64,000 nucleotides of DNA, from positions 7,023 to 71,022 of IMG/VR virus record IMGVR_UViG_3300049857_000028, one strand, 5' to 3'. The DNA is from a virus (Duplodnaviria; Caudoviricetes). The notes beneath the pieces were generated by a model, which made no database searches, was not told where the DNA came from, and worked only from the letters and a program-made list of their open reading frames with translations. Made by a program: the position numbers and the translations under genes. Every line of letters begins with the position of its first letter. Position 1 is the first letter of the stretch. Below are positions 55,710 through 63,891 of the stretch, in pieces.

Positions 55710-56203
55710 CTACATCATTCCGTGGGCTTTCAAATCGTAAATATAAATAGCAAAAATAAAGTTCATAGCGACCATAACCATAAATCCGGCTGATAATGTC
55801 CAAAAAATGGACATAATCACTTGTCCCCAATGGGGGAGTGATAAAAACCAATCAGTAAAGAACTTAAACACTTGGCTCCAATCTAATTCCCAATTGAATT
55901 ACAGTAAAAAGTAGGCATAAACCAATTCCAATCTCCGGGTCTAGAAAAGGTTGGTTCTGATAATATAGTTGAGCTCCTAGAATCATATTTACCATTGGTT
56001 TATTTTGTTTACAAACAAAGGCTAGTCGCATATATCTCCTAAAAGTATTTATCTAATTCTTCGACTGGGTTATAGATTGAGGTTCGTTCAAATTCGGAAC
56101 TAACTTCTTTAGTTTCATTACTAATATTTCTAGTTTCGTAGGCAATTCGAAATAATCTAATTTCTCGAATCAGCTCTCTCATCAGATTGTCTGATATTGA
56201 CAT

Positions 56204-56290
56204 ATTATACCAAATTCGTCTCTTAATATATTATATTATACCAAATTCGTCTCTCTTGATATATTATACTATACCAAAGGGATTTGTCAA
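56204..56290 (-). promoter_or_regulatory. Late-operon promoter cluster
   Basis: Minus strand TTGACA (56290-56285)-N16-TATAAT (56268-56263), plus two TGGTATAAT boxes at 56240 and 56209. Confidence 0.6.
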
Positions 56291-56293
56291 TAG

Positions 56294-56316
56294 AAAAGGG
56301 CCAACTTCGGCCCTTT
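56294..56316 (-). terminator. Hairpin terminator, possibly bidirectional
   Basis: AAAAGGGCC-aacttc-GGCCCTTT. Confidence 0.65.
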
Positions 56317-56512
56317 AATCGTATAGATTTTAAAAAATGAGTAATCTTTAACTCATAATTTTAGAATAGCATAGGTTTTATATTTGTCAAGAAAAGAAAA
56401 GAAAAGACCCACATTTCAAGTGGGTCAAAGCAATAAGAGGTTAGTTAATTTATAAGAGGTTGGTTAATGTATAAATTACTTTTAATAACGCAGTTAATAC
56501 GTGCGTCTTTAT

Positions 56513-56541
56513 ACTATAACTTATTCCAAGAGGAATGTCAA
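56513..56541 (-). promoter_or_regulatory. Sigma70-type promoter
   Basis: Minus strand TTGACA-N17-TATAGT. Confidence 0.55.
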
Positions 56542-56554
56542 GTGTTTGTATATA

Positions 56555-57175
56555 CTATTCTTCAGATAACTTAATAGGAGGTGGCGTTGTGGAAATCTGA
56601 TTTTGACCTAATCGGGTGAAAACAGCCTCTGCGAGGGCTTCTACAGTGACAATAGGTGTACCAGAACTCGATAATTTAGGTTCCATCCCCGCACCCCCAC
56701 CTCCATTTAATACCAAGGTCTTATGCTCGTGGAGATTCATGGGTCGGGACGAAGCGACTTGTCCGATAGATTCTAATAACCATTTCGCCAGATCTTTGTC
56801 TTTTTGAACTGTCAAGTGATACATGATGGTTGCTTGAGCTGCTATTTGAAGGTCAGACCAGATAGCCGGAGCCATTTGAGTAACCAACGTAGCGAAACCG
56901 TCAACCTGAGAATATTTACGAACTGCTTTTAAAGGGATTCCTAGTTCCTCTGCAATCTGTGGCTCACTCAACAACTTGGCTTTCATCATCGCAATCGTAA
57001 ATGGGAGTCCTTCAAGAACTGTTCCTTTCACTCTGGTTGCGATAGATTGAATAGCTGCTATTTGATGCGGTTGATTTGCTTGCAATCTTTCAAGCTGCTC
57101 AGATATATCCGCATTTTTGAGTTTACGGTCTAATTGCCTAATTTTTACATCGGGTCTAAGATTCATTATCACCAT
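56555..57175 (-). CDS. Putative terminase small subunit (HTH)
   Basis: SEPQIAEELGIPLKAVRKY HTH-like segment, upstream of terL. Confidence 0.55.
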   Translation of the reverse strand: MVIMNLRPDVKIRQLDRKLKNADISEQLERLQANQPHQIAAIQSIATRVKGTVLEGLPFTIAMMKAKLLSEPQIAEELGIPLKAVRKYSQVDGFATLVTQMAPAIWSDLQIAAQATIMYHLTVQKDKDLAKWLLESIGQVASSRPMNLHEHKTLVLNGGGGAGMEPKLSSSGTPIVTVEALAEAVFTRLGQNQISTTPPPIKLSEE

Positions 57176-57383
57176 CCGGGACTATTTCATCTGCTTCTTC
57201 ATCTGAGTCAAACATATGCTCTTCCATTCTCTCTTTTTTTACAGTCATAAAAGAGGCGGATTCAACATAGATGTTTGCAACTCGATCCCCAGCAATCAAA
57301 AAGGCCCACGCTTGAAAATAAGTAGCTAATATAGAGAAATGGAAAATTAAAATGTTTTGAATAAACCATTTAAACATTTCCAC
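57156..57383 (-). CDS. Hypothetical membrane protein
   Basis: 75 aa with hydrophobic N-terminal half and GGAG RBS. Confidence 0.45.
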   Translation of the reverse strand: MEMFKWFIQNILIFHFSILATYFQAWAFLIAGDRVANIYVESASFMTVKKERMEEHMFDSDEEADEIVPDGDNES

Positions 57384-57637
57384 TTTATTTGACTCCTTTA
57401 ATTTGAGTGCTAATTTAATTATAACCTCAACCGGAAGATTTGGAAAGATGTTAAATTAATCTAAACCGTAAAAAGTGTTAAATTGATCTCAACCGGAATT
57501 AACCACCATTTAGTATTAAAGATGACTATAAGATGTAACGTATAATTTTAAGTTAGTACATGTGCGTAGGTGCTCTTGATAAAATTATTATACGTTTTAT
57601 ACAGGATTACGGTTGCGATTTGTTGCTTTTAGTCATC

Positions 57638-57929
57638 TTTACAGTACAAACAGTACAAACAGTACACTTTATTTCATCCAAAATGCGTGTTTTAATATTT
57701 TTTTTCATACAAGTTTAATATATACTAATTAAGCTTTTCTTTCTTTCTTTTTTTTCTCCACCTTACAAACGTATAAACATAAAGTGTACTGTTTGTACTG
57801 TATGTACTGTAAAGAATACTATAATATTCAAAACAATCAAATTTTATACATAAAAGGGCCTCTTTTAAGTAAATTTATATAAAACGTATAGGATTTTAGG
57901 TGTACTGTGTGTACTGTATGTACTGTAAA
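57638..57929. repeat. Three 30-bp iteron blocks (3 x 9-bp GTACTGT units each), candidate origin or pac region
   Basis: 57638-57667 is inverted relative to 57784-57813 and 57900-57929. Confidence 0.85.
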
Positions 57930-58527
57930 TACGAAATGTACTCATAGCAAGGCTTTCCAGCGATTACCCTATACAACTATGCCCTAAAACGTATAAAACG
58001 TATAGTATACTGTCTATGTATATACCACACCATCTACTTCAGCACTTTTTCGAGCCTCACTTTTCAGCAAGCCTCAACCGTAAACTTTTATTAACTTAAT
58101 CTTTCTTATCCAATTGGGTTCCTTTCGCTTACCTCTATACTATAATAAAACCGATGAGACCGCAAAAATTGCTACTTTGGGGTGTGAGTTTTACGAAAGT
58201 TTACATTTTACTATTTTTTACGGTTTGGTATGGTGTTTGTTGCATATGTTATCTGTTTAGTACTCTGTTTACTGTGGTAGTGGTATATGCATACTCAACC
58301 GTAAACCCCTAAACCTCAAGAAACCATACAAAATGCCTACCTATATAATAGGATAGCGTAGGGAGCCTATGAGCGTAGGGAGACTTGACCTATAATCCTA
58401 TACGTTTTATACAGTTGTAAACCAGTGTAACAGTATTGATATTTTTTAGCAATTTTATCTTGTAAAATGTTTTTATTCTAGTATAATCAAAGTATAAGCA
58501 AAGAGGTTAATAAGAGGAGTAAATAAC

Positions 58528-58710
58528 ATGATATTAAAGCGTGTTAAATGTAATGATTGTAATAACGTATGCATTACAAAAGCATCAATTGTAATTTGTA
58601 CAGAATGTTCAGATAATTATTATACTTGCGTTTCCTGTAAAACTATCGGCCATGAAAAGGAATGTGTCTTTGATGGGGATTTTACTCCATTTTGCGTAAA
58701 CTGTAAATAA
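58528..58710 (+). CDS. Small Cys-rich Zn-finger protein
   Basis: CNDC, CTEC, CVSC, CVNC. Confidence 0.65.
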   Translation: MILKRVKCNDCNNVCITKASIVICTECSDNYYTCVSCKTIGHEKECVFDGDFTPFCVNCK

Positions 58711-58780
58711 AAGTAACAAAAAGGCAATTAATCAAAACCGAATGTTTTTATTTAAGTATAAGTAAAGAGGAGTCTATAAA

Positions 58781-58963
58781 ATGCTTAAAGATTCTCATTT
58801 AAGAATCAAGAGAATGTTATCAGAAGAGGCAAAAAAAGTTTTCAATCAATTGCTAATTTTTTGGTTTGTTATCGGTTTGGTTATCGGCTTATCCATAGGT
58901 TTTACCGTACAAAACCATAAAACCATAAACCAAAATACTTCAGTATGTGGGTCTAACGGTTAA
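58781..58963 (+). CDS. Small membrane protein
   Basis: One TM segment; ends TSVCGSNG. Confidence 0.6.
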   Translation: MLKDSHLRIKRMLSEEAKKVFNQLLIFWFVIGLVIGLSIGFTVQNHKTINQNTSVCGSNG

Positions 58964-59034
58964 AAAAAGTAACAAAAAGGCAATTAATCAAAACCGAATG
59001 TTTTTATTTAAGTATAAGCAAAGAGGATAGCAAA

Positions 59035-59205
59035 ATGGATAATTTCATGTTAAAAGCTTCAATCTTTCTTTTAATTTTAGTTATTTTTGCCATTTATGCC
59101 ATTTTTGCCATTTTTGCTTTAATTAAAATTGATATTAAATATGGAGACATTGAATTTCATTTAAACAGTAAAACCGTAACTTCAGTATGTGGGTCTAACG
59201 GTTAA
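59035..59205 (+). CDS. Small membrane protein (56 aa)
   Basis: Hand-translated MDNFMLKASIFLLILVIFAIYAIFAIFALIKID...TSVCGSNG. Confidence 0.6.
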   Translation: MDNFMLKASIFLLILVIFAIYAIFAIFALIKIDIKYGDIEFHLNSKTVTSVCGSNG

Positions 59206-59280
59206 AAAAAGTAACAAAAAGGCAATTTATTAAAACCGAATGTTTTTATTTAAGTATAAGCAAAGAGGAGAAACAAAAAA

Positions 59281-59508
59281 ATGACTACAGTAAGAACATC
59301 AGACTTCAATCTAATATATGTAGACTCTCATACTATGACGGCTCGACTTGAGACTAAAATTCAGCACCCTAATGGTTTAATGGAGACAATTCAATTAGAA
59401 GCGCCTATCACCTCTTATGATTTTAAATATGCCGTTAAAAAATTCCTTAATGTAGCAAGTGAAAGAGACTTAAAAGACTTGCAAGAAGCAATCAATGCCA
59501 GACTATAG
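59281..59508 (+). CDS. Hypothetical protein
   Basis: 75 aa with GAGGAG RBS. Confidence 0.65.
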   Translation: MTTVRTSDFNLIYVDSHTMTARLETKIQHPNGLMETIQLEAPITSYDFKYAVKKFLNVASERDLKDLQEAINARL

Positions 59509-59547
59509 GAAAAGGAAACTGCTACTACTTAACACGCTCTCTTTACT

Positions 59548-59582
59548 CCCTCCTCCATTTTAAAAGAGGAGGGGTTTCTTTT
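59548..59582 (+). terminator. Rho-independent terminator
   Basis: CCCTCCTC...GAGGAGGG followed by GTTTCTTTT. Confidence 0.75.
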
Positions 59583-59640
59583 CCTACCTAACACGGTTAA
59601 TAGTTAACATATAAATGAGTACTGAAAGAGGTAACAAAAA

Positions 59641-59751
59641 ATGATTAAATGCCATAAATGTAAAAAGGAAATTAAAAACTATGATACAACCTTTACAATC
59701 TTTATATTGTGTACTGAATGTGAAAGCCATAACAATGACGATACTTTTTGA
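59641..59751 (+). CDS. Tiny Zn-finger protein (36 aa)
   Basis: MIKCHKCKKEI...CTECES with GAGG RBS. Confidence 0.5.
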   Translation: MIKCHKCKKEIKNYDTTFTIFILCTECESHNNDDTF

Positions 59752-59923
59752 GAATGAAAATTATAAAATCTTTAAAATCGTAAACCAAAAAGGCTCAAGA
59801 ATGACAAGTGACTTTGGAAAACCTAGCATTGTTTATATTGACAAAAAAAATGGTTTAAAAATCGAATATGCTAATTTACCTGAAAAAATAAAAGAGTATC
59901 TTTTGATAAATAATTTGATTTAA
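59735..59923 (+). CDS. Hypothetical protein
   Basis: Likely start [10 protein letters not shown] within ORF 59681-59923. Confidence 0.5.
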   Translation: MTILFENENYKIFKIVNQKGSRMTSDFGKPSIVYIDKKNGLKIEYANLPEKIKEYLLINNLI

Positions 59924-59936
59924 TGGAGGAGTAAAA

Positions 59937-60539
59937 ATGCCTAAACTTTATAACCGGTTAAATGGAAAAATTAATTTACCAAAATTAATAGAAGAAGCCA
60001 AAACCTTTGTAGGTGCCAATTTAAGCGGTGCCAATTTAAGCGGTGCCAATTTAAGCGGTGCCAATTTAAGCGGTGCCGATTTAACCGGTGCCAATTTAAG
60101 CGGTGCCGATTTAAGCGGTGCCGATTTAACCGGTGCCGATTTAACCCGTGCCAATTTAACCCGTGCCGATTTAACTGATACATGTTTAGACCCTAATCAA
60201 CTAATACAAGGCTTAAATAAAGAACAAGCCAAAGAATTAGGGTTTAAAGTTAAAGGCAATTACGTTTTTGGTTATCGTACAAAAAATCAATATTTAAGCT
60301 CTTATAAAAAACCTTATGAAGTAGGTAAAACCTATCAATCGCATGTTTTCAGTCATGATATTTTCACTGAATGTCATCCCGGTTTGTTTTTTCACCCTTC
60401 TTTGGATTATATTAAAGAAAATTATAATTCTTACAAAGGTTACATAAAAGTAAAAGTAAAAATAGGTAATTTTATCCAAGCCGGTGAAAAATACCGGACA
60501 CCTGAATTTGAAGTTGTTGAAGTTATTAAAGAAAAGTAA
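59937..60539 (+). CDS. Pentapeptide repeat protein, copy 2 (11 repeats)
   Basis: Paralog of 13831-14682; 15-bp repeats at 60015-60179. Confidence 0.9.
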   Translation: MPKLYNRLNGKINLPKLIEEAKTFVGANLSGANLSGANLSGANLSGADLTGANLSGADLSGADLTGADLTRANLTRADLTDTCLDPNQLIQGLNKEQAKELGFKVKGNYVFGYRTKNQYLSSYKKPYEVGKTYQSHVFSHDIFTECHPGLFFHPSLDYIKENYNSYKGYIKVKVKIGNFIQAGEKYRTPEFEVVEVIKEK

Positions 60540-60605
60540 CAAAAAGGCAATTTATCAAAACCGAATGTTTTTATTTAAGTATAAGCAATAAGAGGAGAAA
60601 ACAAA

Positions 60606-61583
60606 ATGGCTCATGAATTAGTGGAAAATAAAGACACTATGTTTTCAGTAAAGGAAAAACCTTGGCACGGTCTAGGAACTGTTTTAGAAAACTCCCCTAC
60701 AATTGAGGAGGCAATTAAATATTCCGGTCTTACTTGGGAAGTCGGTCTAAAACAATTGTATGCGCCACTAACAGGGGAAACAATGGTAAACGATTCAGCT
60801 ATTCAAGAGGTGGAAGCACAAGCAACGTACAGAAAAGACAATGGAGATATTTTAGGCGTAGTCGGTATGAATTATAAACCGCTACAAAATATTGATTCTT
60901 TCAACTGGTTTCAACCATTTATTGATTCTGAATTAGTAAGTTTAGAAACCGCTGGTAGTCTTTTTGCCGGTAAAAAAGTTTTTATCCTTGCTAAAATTAA
61001 TAGCCCTGATTCTATGATTGTCGAAAAATCTAATGATAAAATCGAAAAATATATTTTGCTCTCAAATTCTCATGACGGTAAAACCGCTATTAGAGTAGGC
61101 TTCACGCCGATTAGAGTAGTATGTAATAATACTTTATCCATGGCCCATAATAACAGTAAATCTAAACTTATTAGAGTAAAGCACACTAACAATTCAATTA
61201 ACAACCTTGAAAACATTAGAGAAACTATGAATCTAATTAATCAGGATTTTGAAGCAACGGCGGAACAATTCAGAAAACTTGCTACTATTGAAGTAAACCA
61301 AAATGACGTTAAAAACTATTTTACTGAAGTTTTCAATCTTAAAAATGAGGATGAAGCAAAAAGGAAACAAAGAACATTAGACTTATTAACCGAATTGTTT
61401 GAAACAGGGAGAGGAAACCACTTGCCCGGTGTTTCTGGTACTGCTTGGGCGGCTTATAATGCTAGTACGGAGTATATGCAATACTACGGAGGAAGAAACA
61501 CCGAAAACCGTTTTGGCTCTTTATGGTTTGGCCAAAATGAATCAAAAAATCATAAAGCCCTTGAAATTGCTCTCACTTTATAA
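60606..61583 (+). CDS. DUF932 (TIGR03299-like) phage/plasmid protein
   Basis: MAHEL...KPWHGLG, ETAGSL..GK.VF, NSHDG, PIRVVCNNTL. Confidence 0.9.
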   Translation: MAHELVENKDTMFSVKEKPWHGLGTVLENSPTIEEAIKYSGLTWEVGLKQLYAPLTGETMVNDSAIQEVEAQATYRKDNGDILGVVGMNYKPLQNIDSFNWFQPFIDSELVSLETAGSLFAGKKVFILAKINSPDSMIVEKSNDKIEKYILLSNSHDGKTAIRVGFTPIRVVCNNTLSMAHNNSKSKLIRVKHTNNSINNLENIRETMNLINQDFEATAEQFRKLATIEVNQNDVKNYFTEVFNLKNEDEAKRKQRTLDLLTELFETGRGNHLPGVSGTAWAAYNASTEYMQYYGGRNTENRFGSLWFGQNESKNHKALEIALTL

Positions 61584-61605
61584 TTGCTCTCACTCCTCTT
61601 TTAAT

Positions 61606-61634
61606 TACCCTCTTAAATGAGGGTATTTTCTTTG
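61606..61634 (+). terminator. Rho-independent terminator
   Basis: TACCCTC-ttaaat-GAGGGTA followed by TTTTCTTT. Confidence 0.8.
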
Positions 61635-61713
61635 TAACAGTTTAGTAATATTTTAGCAATTATTTAATTTTAAATGTTTTTATTTAATTATAAGCAATAA
61701 GAGGATTGATAAA

Positions 61714-61872
61714 ATGATTCAAAAGTATGAAATAAATAGATTTTTTGAAATAAGCGATATTCTAGATGAGGATAGAAACACCTATCTTTGGGGTGATATT
61801 TTTTTCTGTTTACTTGAGATTCGAAAACATTTAAAAAATTGTTTAGAGAGGAGTACCAAAAATGTTATTTAA
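61714..61872 (+). CDS. Hypothetical protein (52 aa)
   Basis: Hand-translated; follows repeat copy 6 and an RBS. Confidence 0.5.
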   Translation: MIQKYEINRFFEISDILDEDRNTYLWGDIFFCLLEIRKHLKNCLERSTKNVI

Positions 61873-62293
61873 AACTAATCTTACAAAATCTGAAGCTTTA
61901 CAAAGTTATGGCGGATATTCAATTATAGAAAATTCTCTTTATGTATGTGATTTTGAAAATAGGGAAACTGAGCATGATAATATAAATTCGTGCTTTATCG
62001 TAGGGATTGAATACGATAAAAATGGCGCTAATTTAAATTTAAATGATAAAATGGTTAAACAGATTTTAGATGATGTTTTTAAAAATGCTCCTTATAGTTT
62101 TAAGAACATTGAAGGCGCTTGGGAAGGCGATGATTTTAGCCCTATTGAGGAAAATTCAATCTTAATCGATGCTTATTTTGATGACTTAAGCATTGATTGG
62201 GGTGTCTATGGAGAGCGCTTGCGCTTGGCTTTCCGACAAAAGGCAGTTATAGCGGTTTTACCGGATTATTTTAGTTATTTAATTGAGGAGTAA
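61862..62293 (+). CDS. Hypothetical acidic protein
   Basis: 143 aa with GAGGAG RBS. Confidence 0.6.
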   Translation: MLFKTNLTKSEALQSYGGYSIIENSLYVCDFENRETEHDNINSCFIVGIEYDKNGANLNLNDKMVKQILDDVFKNAPYSFKNIEGAWEGDDFSPIEENSILIDAYFDDLSIDWGVYGERLRLAFRQKAVIAVLPDYFSYLIEE

Positions 62294-62301
62294 ATAAATA
62301 A

Positions 62302-62502
62302 ATGAGTATATTAGTTAAAAATTTAATTAACCTTATAAATATGCTAGAAACTGAAATTATTAATAACAGGAGTCAAATTAAAAGTATTAACCAAGAATTA
62401 GACAGGCTTGGCGTACCAAAGTTTCTAAAAAATGGTAAGGGATGCACTACACCCTATGGTCGATTAACTAGAATAAAATCAGTTTATTTAATAGAGGAGT
62501 AA
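62302..62502 (+). CDS. Hypothetical protein
   Basis: 66 aa with RBS. Confidence 0.55.
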   Translation: MSILVKNLINLINMLETEIINNRSQIKSINQELDRLGVPKFLKNGKGCTTPYGRLTRIKSVYLIEE

Positions 62503-62508
62503 TTTTAA

Positions 62509-62694
62509 ATGTTAGATTATAAAATGATGATTGGAGTAAAGAGTTATCCTTATTTTAGCATTGAAAAAATGATATATAGAAAACCTTTTATATCCGGTAA
62601 CAGGTACAAAATTAGATATAAAAAGAAGGTATATAATCTAATGGGATGGACAAGAAAACCTACTTATATTGTAGTAAATAAAGAGGATTTATAA
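62509..62694 (+). CDS. Hypothetical protein
   Basis: 61 aa with RBS. Confidence 0.5.
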   Translation: MLDYKMMIGVKSYPYFSIEKMIYRKPFISGNRYKIRYKKKVYNLMGWTRKPTYIVVNKEDL

Positions 62695-62931
62695 ATGTTT
62701 GAATTTAAAGAAGCTACTTTAAACGGTAAAAAAATCTGTTACCATAATCAAACGGAATTTTTAGTACAAGTAGGCAAAGACAAAGGAAGTTATAAAACCC
62801 GCTATTCTTTCATAGGTAATCTAGGGCAAGCGGTTTTATATTTTAACGGTATAAATGTAGGGAATGGCTATAAAAAGCGCCTATATGTCCCTTCATTCAA
62901 TAAACCGGTTTTAGCAAGGCAGTTTAGTTAG
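62695..62931 (+). CDS. Hypothetical protein
   Basis: 78 aa with RBS. Confidence 0.55.
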   Translation: MFEFKEATLNGKKICYHNQTEFLVQVGKDKGSYKTRYSFIGNLGQAVLYFNGINVGNGYKKRLYVPSFNKPVLARQFS

Positions 62932-62946
62932 TAGGAGGTGAACAAA

Positions 62947-63117
62947 ATGAATATGGGTTATTGTCGTTTTGAAAATACGGTTTCAGCTCTTTATGACTGT
63001 ATAGAAAATTATTTCCCTACTTCTGATTCTGAAATAAGACATAAACAGTTATTAATAAAAGCTTGTTTAGACATTTTATTATTGGAAGGGTATGAGGTAA
63101 AACGAAATGAATATTAA
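62947..63117 (+). CDS. Small phage protein with YCRFENT motif (56 aa)
   Basis: Hand-translated MNMGYCRFENTVSALYDC...; AGGAGG RBS. Confidence 0.6.
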   Translation: MNMGYCRFENTVSALYDCIENYFPTSDSEIRHKQLLIKACLDILLLEGYEVKRNEY

Positions 63118-63334
63118 ACCAGATGAGATAGACCATTTTCATAAGATTGAAGGGGCTTATACAGTCCTTTATAATGCGCTTAACTTATACCGCTTGCATA
63201 AAAAAAGGAATGAAGCGGAAAACTTTGATTGTAATAAATGTGATTTTTGTAAGCTTCAAAAGTCTAAAATAAATAAGGCAAGGCTTGTAATTATCAACCA
63301 TTTAAATAATTGCTTGGGGGTTCAGAATGCCTAG
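63107..63334 (+). CDS. Hypothetical protein
   Basis: 75 aa. Confidence 0.5.
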   Translation: MNIKPDEIDHFHKIEGAYTVLYNALNLYRLHKKRNEAENFDCNKCDFCKLQKSKINKARLVIINHLNNCLGVQNA

Positions 63335-63506
63335 AAAGTTTTTAAAGCTTCCTGATGGCTCTCTATATGAACCAGAACAAGTTGAAGAAGGGAAACCAAA
63401 GAAGCCTATGCCTTTATGGTATTGGTTTCTCTTTGGGTATTTTTTCCTTGTGTTTCTGTTAATCCGGTTTATGATAGGGCTTTTCCTAGGGGTGCTGAAG
63501 TCTTAA
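63327..63506 (+). CDS. Small membrane protein (59 aa)
   Basis: Hand-translated MPRKFLKLPDGSLYEP...WYWFLFGYFFLVFLLIRFMIGLFLGVLKS. Confidence 0.55.
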   Translation: MPRKFLKLPDGSLYEPEQVEEGKPKKPMPLWYWFLFGYFFLVFLLIRFMIGLFLGVLKS

Positions 63507-63813
63507 CCCTCTTTTTTAAACCCCTTACAAGCCCTCTTTAGGGCTTTTCTCTTTTGTAAAATAATCCCGTACGGGATGTTTAAACCATTTTCAACCATAA
63601 AACAGGTAAAATAATCCCGTACGGGATGTTTATTTAATTGTAAAATAATCGTAATAAATAGGCAATTTTCATAAACTTTTTGTTTTTATTTAAGTATAAG
63701 AATAAAACAAAGTTTATGAAACAAAAGAGGAGATAAAGAAAATAAAAGATATTTAATAAAACTTAATAAAGAAATGTAAAATATAAAACTTAATTAAGAA
63801 ATGTAAAGTTCCC

Positions 63814-63884
63814 GCCGCTCGTGCCGCCGCCGCTCGTGCCGCCGCTGCTCGTTCTACCGCCCGCCGCTGCTCGTTCTACCGCCC
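63814..63884. repeat. GC-rich short tandem duplications (2 x 15 bp, 2 x 22 bp)
   Basis: gccgctcgtgccgcc x2 and gccgctgctcgttctaccgccc x2. Confidence 0.85.
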
Positions 63885-63891
63885 GCCGCAC

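Larger units (their letters stand above)
58427..63700 (+). repeat. Dispersed ~60-bp promoter-like repeat, 7 copies (58427, 58713, 58969, 59211, 60536, 61634, 63651)
   Basis: Core GTAACAAAAAGGCAATT...AAAACCGAATGTTTTTATTTAAGTATAAGCAA(TA)AGAGG; copies 1, 6 and 7 are diverged. Confidence 0.9.

Noticed and set aside
58713-58730. NtcA site (GTA-N8-TAC), implying a cyanobacterial host
   Set aside because: Only the GTAACA half-site is present. The candidate at 23771 has N10 spacing. The host remains unassigned.
59948-60183. Minus-strand ORFs with LKLAP or HRLN repeats
   Set aside because: Shadows of the 15-bp pentapeptide repeat.
13831-60539. Diversity-generating retroelement TR/VR pair in the pentapeptide paralogs
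   Set aside because: Differences are not adenine-specific, both copies are intact genes, and there is no reverse transcriptase in the window.
58427-63700. CRISPR array
   Set aside because: Spacing is irregular (240-2000 bp), the intervals are genes with RBSs, and there is no cas operon. The PD-(D/E)XK gene lies in a replication context.
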